64,000 nt of DNA from Candidatus Latescibacterota bacterium. Lineage in GTDB: Bacteria > Latescibacterota > UBA2968 > UBA8231. Positions 56,097-64,000 of the stretch are shown one piece after another (position 1 is the first letter of the stretch; each line of letters opens with the position of its first letter). The translations under genes and the position numbers were made by a program. The stretch is taken from the NCBI GenBank assembly GCA_965242865.1, contig CBDETK010000013.1:2752001-2816000 (forward strand), given 5' to 3'. Under the pieces are notes generated by a model. It saw nothing but the letters and a program-made list of their open reading frames with translations, did no database searches and had not been told where the DNA came from.

Positions 56097-58026
56097 CGAC
56101 CCAGAGACGCGCTCGGCGGACATGGTGGCTGATAACATCGAGCACCTAAAGGCCCTGTTTCCCGAAGCCGTTGCCGAGGACAAGATCGACTTCGAGGTGC
56201 TCAAGCAACTGCTGGGCGACGAGGTAGAAGATCGCGAGGAGAAGTACGGCCTCAACTGGCACGGCAAGCACCGGGCGCGGCAGCTTGCCCTGACGCCTTC
56301 GACCGGCACCCTGCGCCCCTGCCCAGAGGAAAGCGTCGATTGGGACACGACGCAAAACCTGATGATCGAGGGCGACAACCTAGAGGTGCTCAAGCTGTTG
56401 CAGAAGAGCTACGCCGGAAAGGTGAAGCTGATTTACATTGACCCGCCGTACAACACGGGGAAGGACTTCGTCTATCCCGACGATTATCGGGACAGTATGC
56501 GGAATTATCAGAAGTTGACAGGGCAGACGGATGGACAGAACGGCAAGGTGTCGTCGAACACGGAGACATCGGGACGGTTCCACACGGACTGGCTAAACAT
56601 GATGTATCCACGCTTGAAGGTAGCAAGGAATTTGCTAACAAGTGACGGTATAATACTCATATCCATAGGGGACGAGGAGTTGCACAATCTGCGAGTCGTC
56701 TGTGACGAAATTTTTGGCTACGAAAATTTTTGTGGCACCTTTATATGGGAAAAAAAGAAGAAACCTTCTTTTTTGGATCGGAACATGGGTACAGTCACGG
56801 ATTACATTGTCGCCTATGCAAAAGACCGTTCACAATCTCCGGCCTTTACAACTGGGTCGGTCGAAAAAGAAAAGAAATATCCCTTTAACAATGCGGGCAA
56901 CAACATGGCCGTGTTGGAATTTCCAGCGGCAAGCGTGACCTTCGGGATTAACGATCAGATCGTTACAGCCCAAGACATGTCTGAGGGGAACATCAAGACC
57001 GTGTTGCTCGACGATGTTCACATTGTAAAAGGGAGAAACAGCAATGCTTTTCGGCTACTTGGTGAATGGCGGTACTCGCAAGCCAAACTCAACGAATTCG
57101 TAGCTGCCAACGCAGATATTCTTATCAGCAGGGTTCCGTTTCGTCCCAACTACGTGAATCAGTCGGGCGACGAGAAAAAGATAGCGAACCTTCTTTCCTA
57201 CAGAATCAACGCTGTTCAGACCAACGAAGATGCCACTCAGCAAACACGAGAAATTTTTGGCGCGGATGTTGTCTCCTATCCCAAGCCGGAAGGCTTGCTC
57301 AAGTACTTGATAAGGGCCGTTTCGCGGGAGGACGATATTATTTTGGATTTTTTTGCCGGCTCAGGGACGACAGCTTCGGGCGTCTGGAGGCAAAATGCTG
57401 AAGATTCGTGCTCGCGGCGCTTCATCTTAGTGCAGTTGCCCCAACCGCTCGATACGAAAGACCAGGCTCAGGTGGTTGGGGCCGATTTCTGCGACCAAAT
57501 TGGACGATCCCGCAACTTAGCGGAGTTGACGAAAGAGCGACTACGCAGATCCGCGAAACAAATCGCAAAAGAGACACCGCTTTTCGCAGGCGACTTTGGC
57601 TTTTTAGTCCTCAAGCTCGCGACCTCAAACATTCAATCTTGGATCACCAAATCTGAAAATCTCGAGCAATCCATCCTTGACCATGTAGAAAATATAAAGA
57701 AAGGCCGAACCGACTACGACCTCCTTTTTGAACTCATGTTGAAGATGGGTCTCGATCTCTGTGTTTCCATCGAATCGCGAGTGATTGCAGGAAGGACTGT
57801 GTACTCAATCGGTGCTGGAATACTGTTTGCCTGCTTTGAGCATGATCTTGTACAAGAAGAAGCTCAGCAACTCGGATTCGGCATCTCGGCGTGGCAAAAA
57901 GAACAGTCTCCGGCCAGTGAAAGCACCGTTATCTTTCGAGACAGCGGCTTTGTTGACGATAGAGCAAAGCTAAATCTAACCGCCGCCCTAGAGCAGTCCG
58001 GCGTGACAAATATCAGGAGTCTTTAA
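56077..58026 (+). CDS. mod: Type III R-M methyltransferase Mod, copy 2 (different TRD)
   Basis: DPPY, YPKP and DFFAGSGT motifs. Start placed at ATG 56077 by homology to copy 1. Confidence 0.93.
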   Translation: MQKLIANDPETRSADMVADNIEHLKALFPEAVAEDKIDFEVLKQLLGDEVEDREEKYGLNWHGKHRARQLALTPSTGTLRPCPEESVDWDTTQNLMIEGDNLEVLKLLQKSYAGKVKLIYIDPPYNTGKDFVYPDDYRDSMRNYQKLTGQTDGQNGKVSSNTETSGRFHTDWLNMMYPRLKVARNLLTSDGIILISIGDEELHNLRVVCDEIFGYENFCGTFIWEKKKKPSFLDRNMGTVTDYIVAYAKDRSQSPAFTTGSVEKEKKYPFNNAGNNMAVLEFPAASVTFGINDQIVTAQDMSEGNIKTVLLDDVHIVKGRNSNAFRLLGEWRYSQAKLNEFVAANADILISRVPFRPNYVNQSGDEKKIANLLSYRINAVQTNEDATQQTREIFGADVVSYPKPEGLLKYLIRAVSREDDIILDFFAGSGTTASGVWRQNAEDSCSRRFILVQLPQPLDTKDQAQVVGADFCDQIGRSRNLAELTKERLRRSAKQIAKETPLFAGDFGFLVLKLATSNIQSWITKSENLEQSILDHVENIKKGRTDYDLLFELMLKMGLDLCVSIESRVIAGRTVYSIGAGILFACFEHDLVQEEAQQLGFGISAWQKEQSPASESTVIFRDSGFVDDRAKLNLTAALEQSGVTNIRSL

Positions 58027-58029
58027 CCG

Positions 58030-59037
58030 ATGACCAATCACCTCCCTACAGGGTCTTTCTCAACATGGAAGGTAGCTGAGTTTAGGGACTCGCTAAATTC
58101 GACGTTGAAGGAAGATCGAAAAAAAGGAGACGCGCAGCTACGTCTCTATTTTTACGCCGTAACGAAGCGAGGATGGGATGAAATTCGCACGAGCACTTTG
58201 AGCTGGATGAGATTCGATCGGCGTCGTAAAGTATTCGCGTATGTTGGAACGGATCATGCGATCACAGATCCGGAAGGATTGAAAGCCATGGCTGATGACG
58301 GCGTCACTGTTCGCCTTATGAGCAACTATCGGGGCGTATTTCATCCGAAGGTTGTATGGCTCGATCACTCTACACGATGCCGAGTGTGGATTGGTAGTAA
58401 CAATCTCACTCGCGATGGACTGATCAACAACATCGAATTTGCCGCGATGATCCAGTCAGACGACGCTCCTCAAGAACTTAGAAAATGGGCTGATGAGATT
58501 CACGCAGGAAGCATTACACTGACGGAGGATAACCTAAGTTCCTATCGAAATGAGCGTCATAAGTTCGAGAGAGCACACATGCGAGCCGGGATGGCAACAT
58601 TTACTTGGTGTTTGAAGCGCGAGCCGCCCGCTGCAAAGCGATCTGTTGCTAAGGTCGATCTTATCGTCGAGGTTATGCCCAAGGAGACTGGGGCTGGCGG
58701 CAAACATATTCAGATCCCTATCCAAGCGGCAAAAGAATTTTTCAAACTCAGCGGTTCCAGAAAAGTTACTCTGACCGAAAAGAACAACAGGCGGTCGAAA
58801 CGCGAATTAACAATGACGTTATTTCCAAACCGTACTGTCCGGCTCGTCATCAATGAATTGGAATACCGCGATCGCCCATGCGTTGTTCTCTTTCATAGAA
58901 CGGGCTCAGACCGATACCAGTTTGAAATCATTCCCGAATCTATTTTTCCGACTCGATACAGAAGTCTGCTCGCGCTCTGTGACCGCCAGACACATCCCAA
59001 GAGCAGACGCTGGGGCATCGTAAAAAACGCACCATGA
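58030..59037 (+). CDS. PLD-family (BfiI/NgoFVII-like) endonuclease with a C-terminal putative DNA-binding domain
   Basis: FHPK....GSNNLT..G...NIE single-HxK motif; ATGA overlap with res. Confidence 0.8.
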   Translation: MTNHLPTGSFSTWKVAEFRDSLNSTLKEDRKKGDAQLRLYFYAVTKRGWDEIRTSTLSWMRFDRRRKVFAYVGTDHAITDPEGLKAMADDGVTVRLMSNYRGVFHPKVVWLDHSTRCRVWIGSNNLTRDGLINNIEFAAMIQSDDAPQELRKWADEIHAGSITLTEDNLSSYRNERHKFERAHMRAGMATFTWCLKREPPAAKRSVAKVDLIVEVMPKETGAGGKHIQIPIQAAKEFFKLSGSRKVTLTEKNNRRSKRELTMTLFPNRTVRLVINELEYRDRPCVVLFHRTGSDRYQFEIIPESIFPTRYRSLLALCDRQTHPKSRRWGIVKNAP

Positions 59038-61991
59038 AACTCCACTTTGAACCCAACCTCGACTACCAACTCCAAGCCATTGAAGCAGTCTGCGACCTGT
59101 TTCGCGGCCAAGAGGTCTGCCGCTCCGAATTCACAGTCGTACGCAATGCGGCGGATGCTCAGGCTGGCCTCGGCTTTGCAGAAAGCGATCTGGGCACCGG
59201 CAATCGCCTAAACCTGCCCGATGAGGAGATATTCGCCAATCTCAACGATGTCCAACTCCGCAACGGCTTGCTTCCTTCGGCCTCCTTGGATTCGGGCGAT
59301 TTCACCGTGGAGATGGAGACCGGCACCGGCAAGACCTATGTGTACCTACGCACCATCTTCGAGCTAAACAAACGCTACGGCTTCACCAAGTTCGTCATCG
59401 TCGTGCCGTCGGTCGCCATCAAGGAGGGCGTGTACAAGTCGCTCCAGATCACCGCCGACCACTTCCGGGCACTCTACTCGGGCACGCCCTTTGAATACTT
59501 CCTCTACGACTCGGCCAAACTCGGTCAAGTGCGAAACTTTGCCACCAGTCCGCAGATTCAGATCATGGTGGTAACGGTTGGTGCTATTAACAAAAGGGAC
59601 GTCAACAACCTCTATAAGGACAGCGAGAAGACGGGCGGCGAAAAGCCGATTGACCTAATCCGGGCCACGCGCCCCATCCTGATCGTCGATGAGCCGCAGA
59701 GCGTAGATGGTGGTTTGCAGGGGCGCGGTAGAGAAGCCCTCGGCGCCATGAATCCCCTCTGCACGCTGCGCTACTCGGCGACACACGCCGACGAGCACCA
59801 GATGGTCTATCGGCTCGACGCGGTAGATGCCTACGAGCGCAAGCTGGTCAAGCAAATCGAGGTAGCATCGGCGACCGTCGAAGACGCCCACAACAAGCCC
59901 TACGTCCGCCTAGTGTCAACGCGCAACTTGCGCGGCACGATCCGCGCCAGGGTCGAACTCGATGTCGAAACGGCGACTGGGATCCGGCGGCGGGAAGTCG
60001 CGGTCCAAGATGGAGACGATCTCGAACAAACCACCAAACGTGCGATCTACCACAATTGCCGCATCGGCGAAATTCGCGTCAAAAAGGGCGACGAATTCGT
60101 CGAGTTGCGCGTACCCGGCGGCGAACACTTTCTCCGGCTGGGAGAAGCCTACGGCGACGTGGATGCGCTCGCTGTCCAGCGCGAGATGATTCGCCGCACC
60201 ATTCGCGAGCACTTCGACAAAGAGAAGCACCTGCGCCCGCAAGGGGTCAAGGTGCTCAGTCTGTTTTTCATCGATGCGGTAGATCGCTACCGGCAGTACG
60301 ACCACGCGGGTCAGCCGGTCAAGGGCGACTACGCCCAGATTTTTGAGGAAGAGTATCGGCGTCTCTCCACGCATCCAGACTACCAGCACCTCTTTGACAA
60401 CGCGCGCGTCGAGGATGTCCACAACGGCTACTTCTCCATCGACAAAAAGGGGGGCTGGACAGATACCGCCGAGAACAACCAGCCCCAGCGCGACAACGCC
60501 GAGCGAGCTTACAACCTGATCATGCGGGACAAAGAGAAGCTCCTGAGCCTAGAGACGCCGCTCAAGTTCATCTTCTCGCACTCAGCCCTGCGCGAAGGCT
60601 GGGACAACCCCAACGTCTTTCAACTATGTACGCTCCGCACCATTCGCACCGAGCGGGAGCGGAGGCAGACCATCGGGCGCGGCCTGCGCCTGTGCGTCAA
60701 TCAAAAAGGCGAGCGGCAACGCGGCTTCGGGGTCAATACGCTCACGGTCATTGCTACGGAGAGCTACGAAGAATTTGCCGAGAACCTCCAGCAGGAAATC
60801 GAGACCGACACCGGCATCCGCTTCGGCGTCGTAGAGGCGCACCAGTTTGCGGCCATTCCGGTCATCGGCACGGATGGACAGACGACGGCTCTCGGTTCCG
60901 CAGCGTCGAAGAATTTGTGGGACCATCTGAAAGCAGAGGGATATATCGACGCGACCGGGCGAATCGAGGACGCGCTCCGAGCGGCCCTCAAGGACGATAC
61001 CTTCAGCGTACCCGAGGAATTCGTCGATCAGCGTCGAGAGATCGCCAAGGTGCTACGCAAATTCGCCGGGCGTCTAACCATCAAAAACGCCGACGAGCGC
61101 CGCTCAATTCGCCCGCGCCGCGCCGTGCTCCACAGCCAAGAGTTCAGGGCGCTGTGGGACCGCATCAAACACAAGACCACGTACCGCGTCGAGTTCGATA
61201 ACCGAGCCCTGCTCGCACAGTGCATCAAAGCACTGGACGATGCCCCGCCGATCCCTCGTCCCCGGCTCCAGTGGCGCAAGGCCGACATCGCCATCGGCCA
61301 ATCAGGAGTCGAGGCGACCGAACGCGCGGGGGCAGCCTTAGTGGGGCTGGACGAAGCCGAGATAGAGCTACCCGATGTGCTCACTGAGCTTCAGGACCGG
61401 ACGCAACTCACGCGCCGCAGCATACAGCGCATCCTCTGTGCGACCGAACGCCTCGCCGATTTCGAGCGAAACCCGCAACCATTCATCGAACTCGCCGCGC
61501 AAGCCATCAACCGCTGCAAGCGTCTCGCCTTGGTCGATGGCGTCAAGTACCAGCGTCTCGGCGACGAGTGCTACTATGCACAGAAGCTCTTTGAAAACGA
61601 GGAACTAACCGGCTATCTGAAGAACGTACTTTCGGACACGACGAAGTCCGTGTACGATCAGGTCGTGTACGACTCCGAAACGGAGAAATCCTTTGCCGAG
61701 CAGTTGGAGAACAACACTGAGGTCAAGGTGTACGCCAAGCTGCCGGGATGGTTCACGGTGCCGACGCCGCTTGGAAGCTATAACCCAGACTGGGCCGTGT
61801 TCGTGGAGAAAGACGGAGGCGAGCGGCTGTATTTTGTAGTCGAAACGAAAGCCAGCCTGTTCGCCAGCGATCTCCGCGATGCCGAAAGAGCCAAGATCGA
61901 GTGTGGCAAGGCGCACTTTGCCGCACTCACCGTGAGCGAGTCGCCGGTGCATTACCAAACGGCCCGCTCCCTAGAAGACGTATCCTGTTGA
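59034..61991 (+). CDS. res: Type III R-M restriction subunit Res
   Basis: METGTGKT, DEPQ, YSATH, LREGWDNPN, QTIGRGLR and PDW...VETK motifs. Confidence 0.95.
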   Translation: MKLHFEPNLDYQLQAIEAVCDLFRGQEVCRSEFTVVRNAADAQAGLGFAESDLGTGNRLNLPDEEIFANLNDVQLRNGLLPSASLDSGDFTVEMETGTGKTYVYLRTIFELNKRYGFTKFVIVVPSVAIKEGVYKSLQITADHFRALYSGTPFEYFLYDSAKLGQVRNFATSPQIQIMVVTVGAINKRDVNNLYKDSEKTGGEKPIDLIRATRPILIVDEPQSVDGGLQGRGREALGAMNPLCTLRYSATHADEHQMVYRLDAVDAYERKLVKQIEVASATVEDAHNKPYVRLVSTRNLRGTIRARVELDVETATGIRRREVAVQDGDDLEQTTKRAIYHNCRIGEIRVKKGDEFVELRVPGGEHFLRLGEAYGDVDALAVQREMIRRTIREHFDKEKHLRPQGVKVLSLFFIDAVDRYRQYDHAGQPVKGDYAQIFEEEYRRLSTHPDYQHLFDNARVEDVHNGYFSIDKKGGWTDTAENNQPQRDNAERAYNLIMRDKEKLLSLETPLKFIFSHSALREGWDNPNVFQLCTLRTIRTERERRQTIGRGLRLCVNQKGERQRGFGVNTLTVIATESYEEFAENLQQEIETDTGIRFGVVEAHQFAAIPVIGTDGQTTALGSAASKNLWDHLKAEGYIDATGRIEDALRAALKDDTFSVPEEFVDQRREIAKVLRKFAGRLTIKNADERRSIRPRRAVLHSQEFRALWDRIKHKTTYRVEFDNRALLAQCIKALDDAPPIPRPRLQWRKADIAIGQSGVEATERAGAALVGLDEAEIELPDVLTELQDRTQLTRRSIQRILCATERLADFERNPQPFIELAAQAINRCKRLALVDGVKYQRLGDECYYAQKLFENEELTGYLKNVLSDTTKSVYDQVVYDSETEKSFAEQLENNTEVKVYAKLPGWFTVPTPLGSYNPDWAVFVEKDGGERLYFVVETKASLFASDLRDAERAKIECGKAHFAALTVSESPVHYQTARSLEDVSC

Positions 61992-62026
61992 TCCTATTCC
62001 CGATTCACCACCCAAAGGAACCCACC

Positions 62027-63517
62027 ATGACCGACCGCCCCAACGTCCTCGTAATAATGACCGACCAGCAGCGCGCCACAGCCAGCCATCTCTACGGCAA
62101 CACCTTTTGTCAAACCCCGTCGATGGAACGCCTAGCGGCCGACGGGGTGCTCTTTGAGAATGCAATTACCCCGCACCCGCTTTGCGCGCCCGCGCGGATC
62201 TCGTTTTGGACTTCGCAATTTCCCCATTCGCACGGAGGTCGGCGCAACCAGACCTTGATGCCGGCCGGGGCCGAGCACGCTTGGCAGCTCTGGAAGGCGG
62301 CTGGCTACGCCACGGGCTTGATCGGCAAAAATCACTGCTTCGATCGGGAGGAAGACTTGGCGCTTTTCGACGTGTGGAATGCCTTTACCCACGGCGGGCG
62401 CGCCGAGGGGCCGCAGACGCGAGGCATGGACTGGTTCCGGCCGGAATCAGGGCGTCGCAAGGTCGCGGCCGAGCATCGCCAACTCGCCCATCAGAATCCC
62501 CGCTTTAGCTATGGCACCTCCGAGTTGCCGCTAGAGGACCACTCAACCGGCCTAATCGCCGGGCAGACGACGCGCTTTCTCGAAAAGCATCGAGACCAGC
62601 CCTTTGCCCTGTGGGTTTCCTTTCCCGACCCGCACGAGCCGTGGCTGTGCCCAGCCGAGTACGCGGCCTTGTTTCCGCCCACAGCCATTGACCTGCCCGC
62701 TTGGCGCGACGGCGAATTTGACGACGAGCGCGCCCCCGAGCGCAACCGCGTACTCTACCAAATGCTGGGCGTGCGCCGCGATCCGCCCGAAGACCTCTAC
62801 GGCGTCATGGCCTCGTACTTTGGCATGGTGCGCTTTATCGACGACGCGCTCGGCCAGATACTCGACAAGCTCGACGAATTGGGTTTGCGGGAGCAGACGA
62901 TTGTGGTCTTTTGCTCGGACCACGGCGACTTCATGGGCGAACACGCCATGCAGTGCAAGGGCGGGGTCTTCTACGACAGCCTGACGTGCGTGCCCTTGAT
63001 CGTCTCTTGGCCCGGGCAGGTGGCCGCCGGGGTGCGCGACCGGAGCATGGCCAATCTAATCGACGTGGTGCCGACGCTGTTGCACTTGCAGGGACTGGAG
63101 CAGCCGCGCTCCATGCACGGGACGCCGTTGCCCACCGCGACGAAGGCCGCGCCCCGGGCCGCGACCTTTTCCGAATACGGCAGCGGCGGGCCGCTCTTTA
63201 CCATGGCCGACTTGCAAAAGCTACCTCAACCTTGGGGACGCAAGACCTTGATCGACACCTTGCAGTGGCGCGAGGCGGCTGGCCGGTGCAAGATGGTCCG
63301 CACCCGCGAATGGAAGTACGTCCACGACCCCATGGGCGACCGCGACGAACTCTACGACCTCGTCGCCGACCGCGGCGAGTTGGTCAATGTGATCGACGAG
63401 GAGTCACACCGCGACGTCCTCGCAGACCTGCGCCAGCGGCTGGCCGACTGGAGCATCAACACCGAAGATGGTCGCCCGGTGCCCTTGCCCGACCGCGCCC
63501 ACTACGAGCTGGCCTGA
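62027..63517 (+). CDS. Cys-type sulfatase
   Basis: TDQQR, LCAPAR (CxPxR), GKNH, DPH and SDHGD motifs. Confidence 0.92.
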   Translation: MTDRPNVLVIMTDQQRATASHLYGNTFCQTPSMERLAADGVLFENAITPHPLCAPARISFWTSQFPHSHGGRRNQTLMPAGAEHAWQLWKAAGYATGLIGKNHCFDREEDLALFDVWNAFTHGGRAEGPQTRGMDWFRPESGRRKVAAEHRQLAHQNPRFSYGTSELPLEDHSTGLIAGQTTRFLEKHRDQPFALWVSFPDPHEPWLCPAEYAALFPPTAIDLPAWRDGEFDDERAPERNRVLYQMLGVRRDPPEDLYGVMASYFGMVRFIDDALGQILDKLDELGLREQTIVVFCSDHGDFMGEHAMQCKGGVFYDSLTCVPLIVSWPGQVAAGVRDRSMANLIDVVPTLLHLQGLEQPRSMHGTPLPTATKAAPRAATFSEYGSGGPLFTMADLQKLPQPWGRKTLIDTLQWREAAGRCKMVRTREWKYVHDPMGDRDELYDLVADRGELVNVIDEESHRDVLADLRQRLADWSINTEDGRPVPLPDRAHYELA

Positions 63518-63781
63518 CGCTTGACACTCGTGCGACATGACCCATCCCGACGCTATGAAAGGCTAACAGTGATGACACCAAGTCGAGAATTAGCAACGAT
63601 CCAAAAGGTTGATCTTAGCATAGAAACCGAACGCGAAGACGACGGGCGCTGGATTGCCGAAATCGTCGAGATATCCGGTGCGGTGGCCTATGGCGCGACC
63701 GTTGAGGAGGCCTCCGCAAAGGTCCAAGCACTCGCCCTGCGCATCTTGGCGGAACGCCTTGATGTAGCTGACGCTTGACAC
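63514..63781. mobile_element. HicB-like mini-insertion flanked by 14-bp perfect direct repeats
   Basis: CTGACGCTTGACAC at 63514-63527 and 63768-63781. Confidence 0.65.
63572..63778 (+). CDS. Short HicB-like antitoxin, orphan
   Basis: IETEREDDGRWIAEI....GAVAYG.T.EEA..KVQALALR motif. Start uncertain. No hicA nearby. Confidence 0.75.
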   Translation: MTPSRELATIQKVDLSIETEREDDGRWIAEIVEISGAVAYGATVEEASAKVQALALRILAERLDVADA

Positions 63782-63804
63782 CATCGGCGCACCGCTGGTA
63801 TTTT
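63775..63804 (+). promoter_or_regulatory. Sigma70 promoter with extended -10
   Basis: TTGACA-18 bp-TATTTT, with TG one base upstream of the -10. Confidence 0.6.
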
Positions 63805-63811
63805 ATACGCC

Positions 63812-63919
63812 ATGATTTCTGCTATGCACACAGTCGCGTTCGCAGCGTATCCCAGCGGATTTCCGTCGGGGCCGACGGCTTCCCCTACCCCTACTACGAC
63901 ATGGATATGCGCCGGATAG
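63812..63919 (+). CDS. Putative Thr-rich attenuator leader peptide (35 aa)
   Basis: MISAMHTVAFAAYPSGFPSGPTASPTPTTTWICAG, located between the promoter and the terminator. Confidence 0.6.
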   Translation: MISAMHTVAFAAYPSGFPSGPTASPTPTTTWICAG

Positions 63920-63948
63920 CGACGGACTAAAATTTATTGCAACCTTTC

Positions 63949-63981
63949 CCCGCTGTCGGCCGCGATGACAGCGGGTTTTTT
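63949..63981 (+). terminator. Rho-independent terminator (attenuator)
   Basis: CCCGCTGTC-loop-GACAGCGGG-TTTTTT, followed by GAGGAG for a gene beyond the window. Confidence 0.85.
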
Positions 63982-64000
63982 CGTGCCGAGGAGTGCGTCA

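Larger units (their letters stand above)
53771..56612 (+). repeat. About 540-bp direct repeat (53771-54309 and 56074-56612) covering both mod 5' ends
   Basis: Near-identical DNA at a constant 2303-bp offset, ending at ATGTATCCACG. Confidence 0.9.

Noticed and set aside
50101-62030. att-like direct repeats or an integrase bounding the defence island
   Set aside because: Only weak similarity (CAAGGAGCTTACC versus AAAGGAACCCACC, both RBS-like); no integrase or tRNA seen.
63870-63968. Leu-rich (CTA) or Tyr-rich readings of the leader region
   Set aside because: Those frames have no ATG upstream of the control codons; only the Thr-rich frame does.

Overview
GC-rich (roughly 60-65%, by eye) bacterial chromosomal window. 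The many sugar/acid catabolic enzymes, sulfatases and an LRR+YWTD lipoprotein resemble uncultured marine/sponge-associated lineages such as Latescibacterota or Poribacteria (inference only). Backbone genes encode polysaccharide synthesis enzymes, a TonB receptor with its lipoprotein, ferritin, a NagB-deacetylase fusion, an SSS symporter, a half-length GlnE, UxuA, GlgP, peptidases, SerC, Ssb and a peroxiredoxin. Small, often lower-GC accessory cassettes interrupt this backbone repeatedly. The strongest candidate for an undescribed system is a hybrid restriction-modification locus at 53.8-62.0 kb. It has two Type III Mod genes that share a ~540-bp 5' repeat but carry different target-recognition regions, a Cys-less YgiT-like gene between them, and a BfiI-like PLD nuclease translationally coupled to a full Type III Res, all in a larger defence island starting near 50.3 kb. 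Other notable signals: two toxin-antitoxin mini-cassettes bracketed by exact 23-bp and 14-bp direct repeats with no integrase; an Rpn remnant that kept only its internal-RBS C-terminal (antitoxin-like) part; tandem Uma2 genes differing mainly in one short segment; and a Thr-rich leader-peptide attenuator at the right edge. No rRNA, tRNA or CRISPR array was seen.
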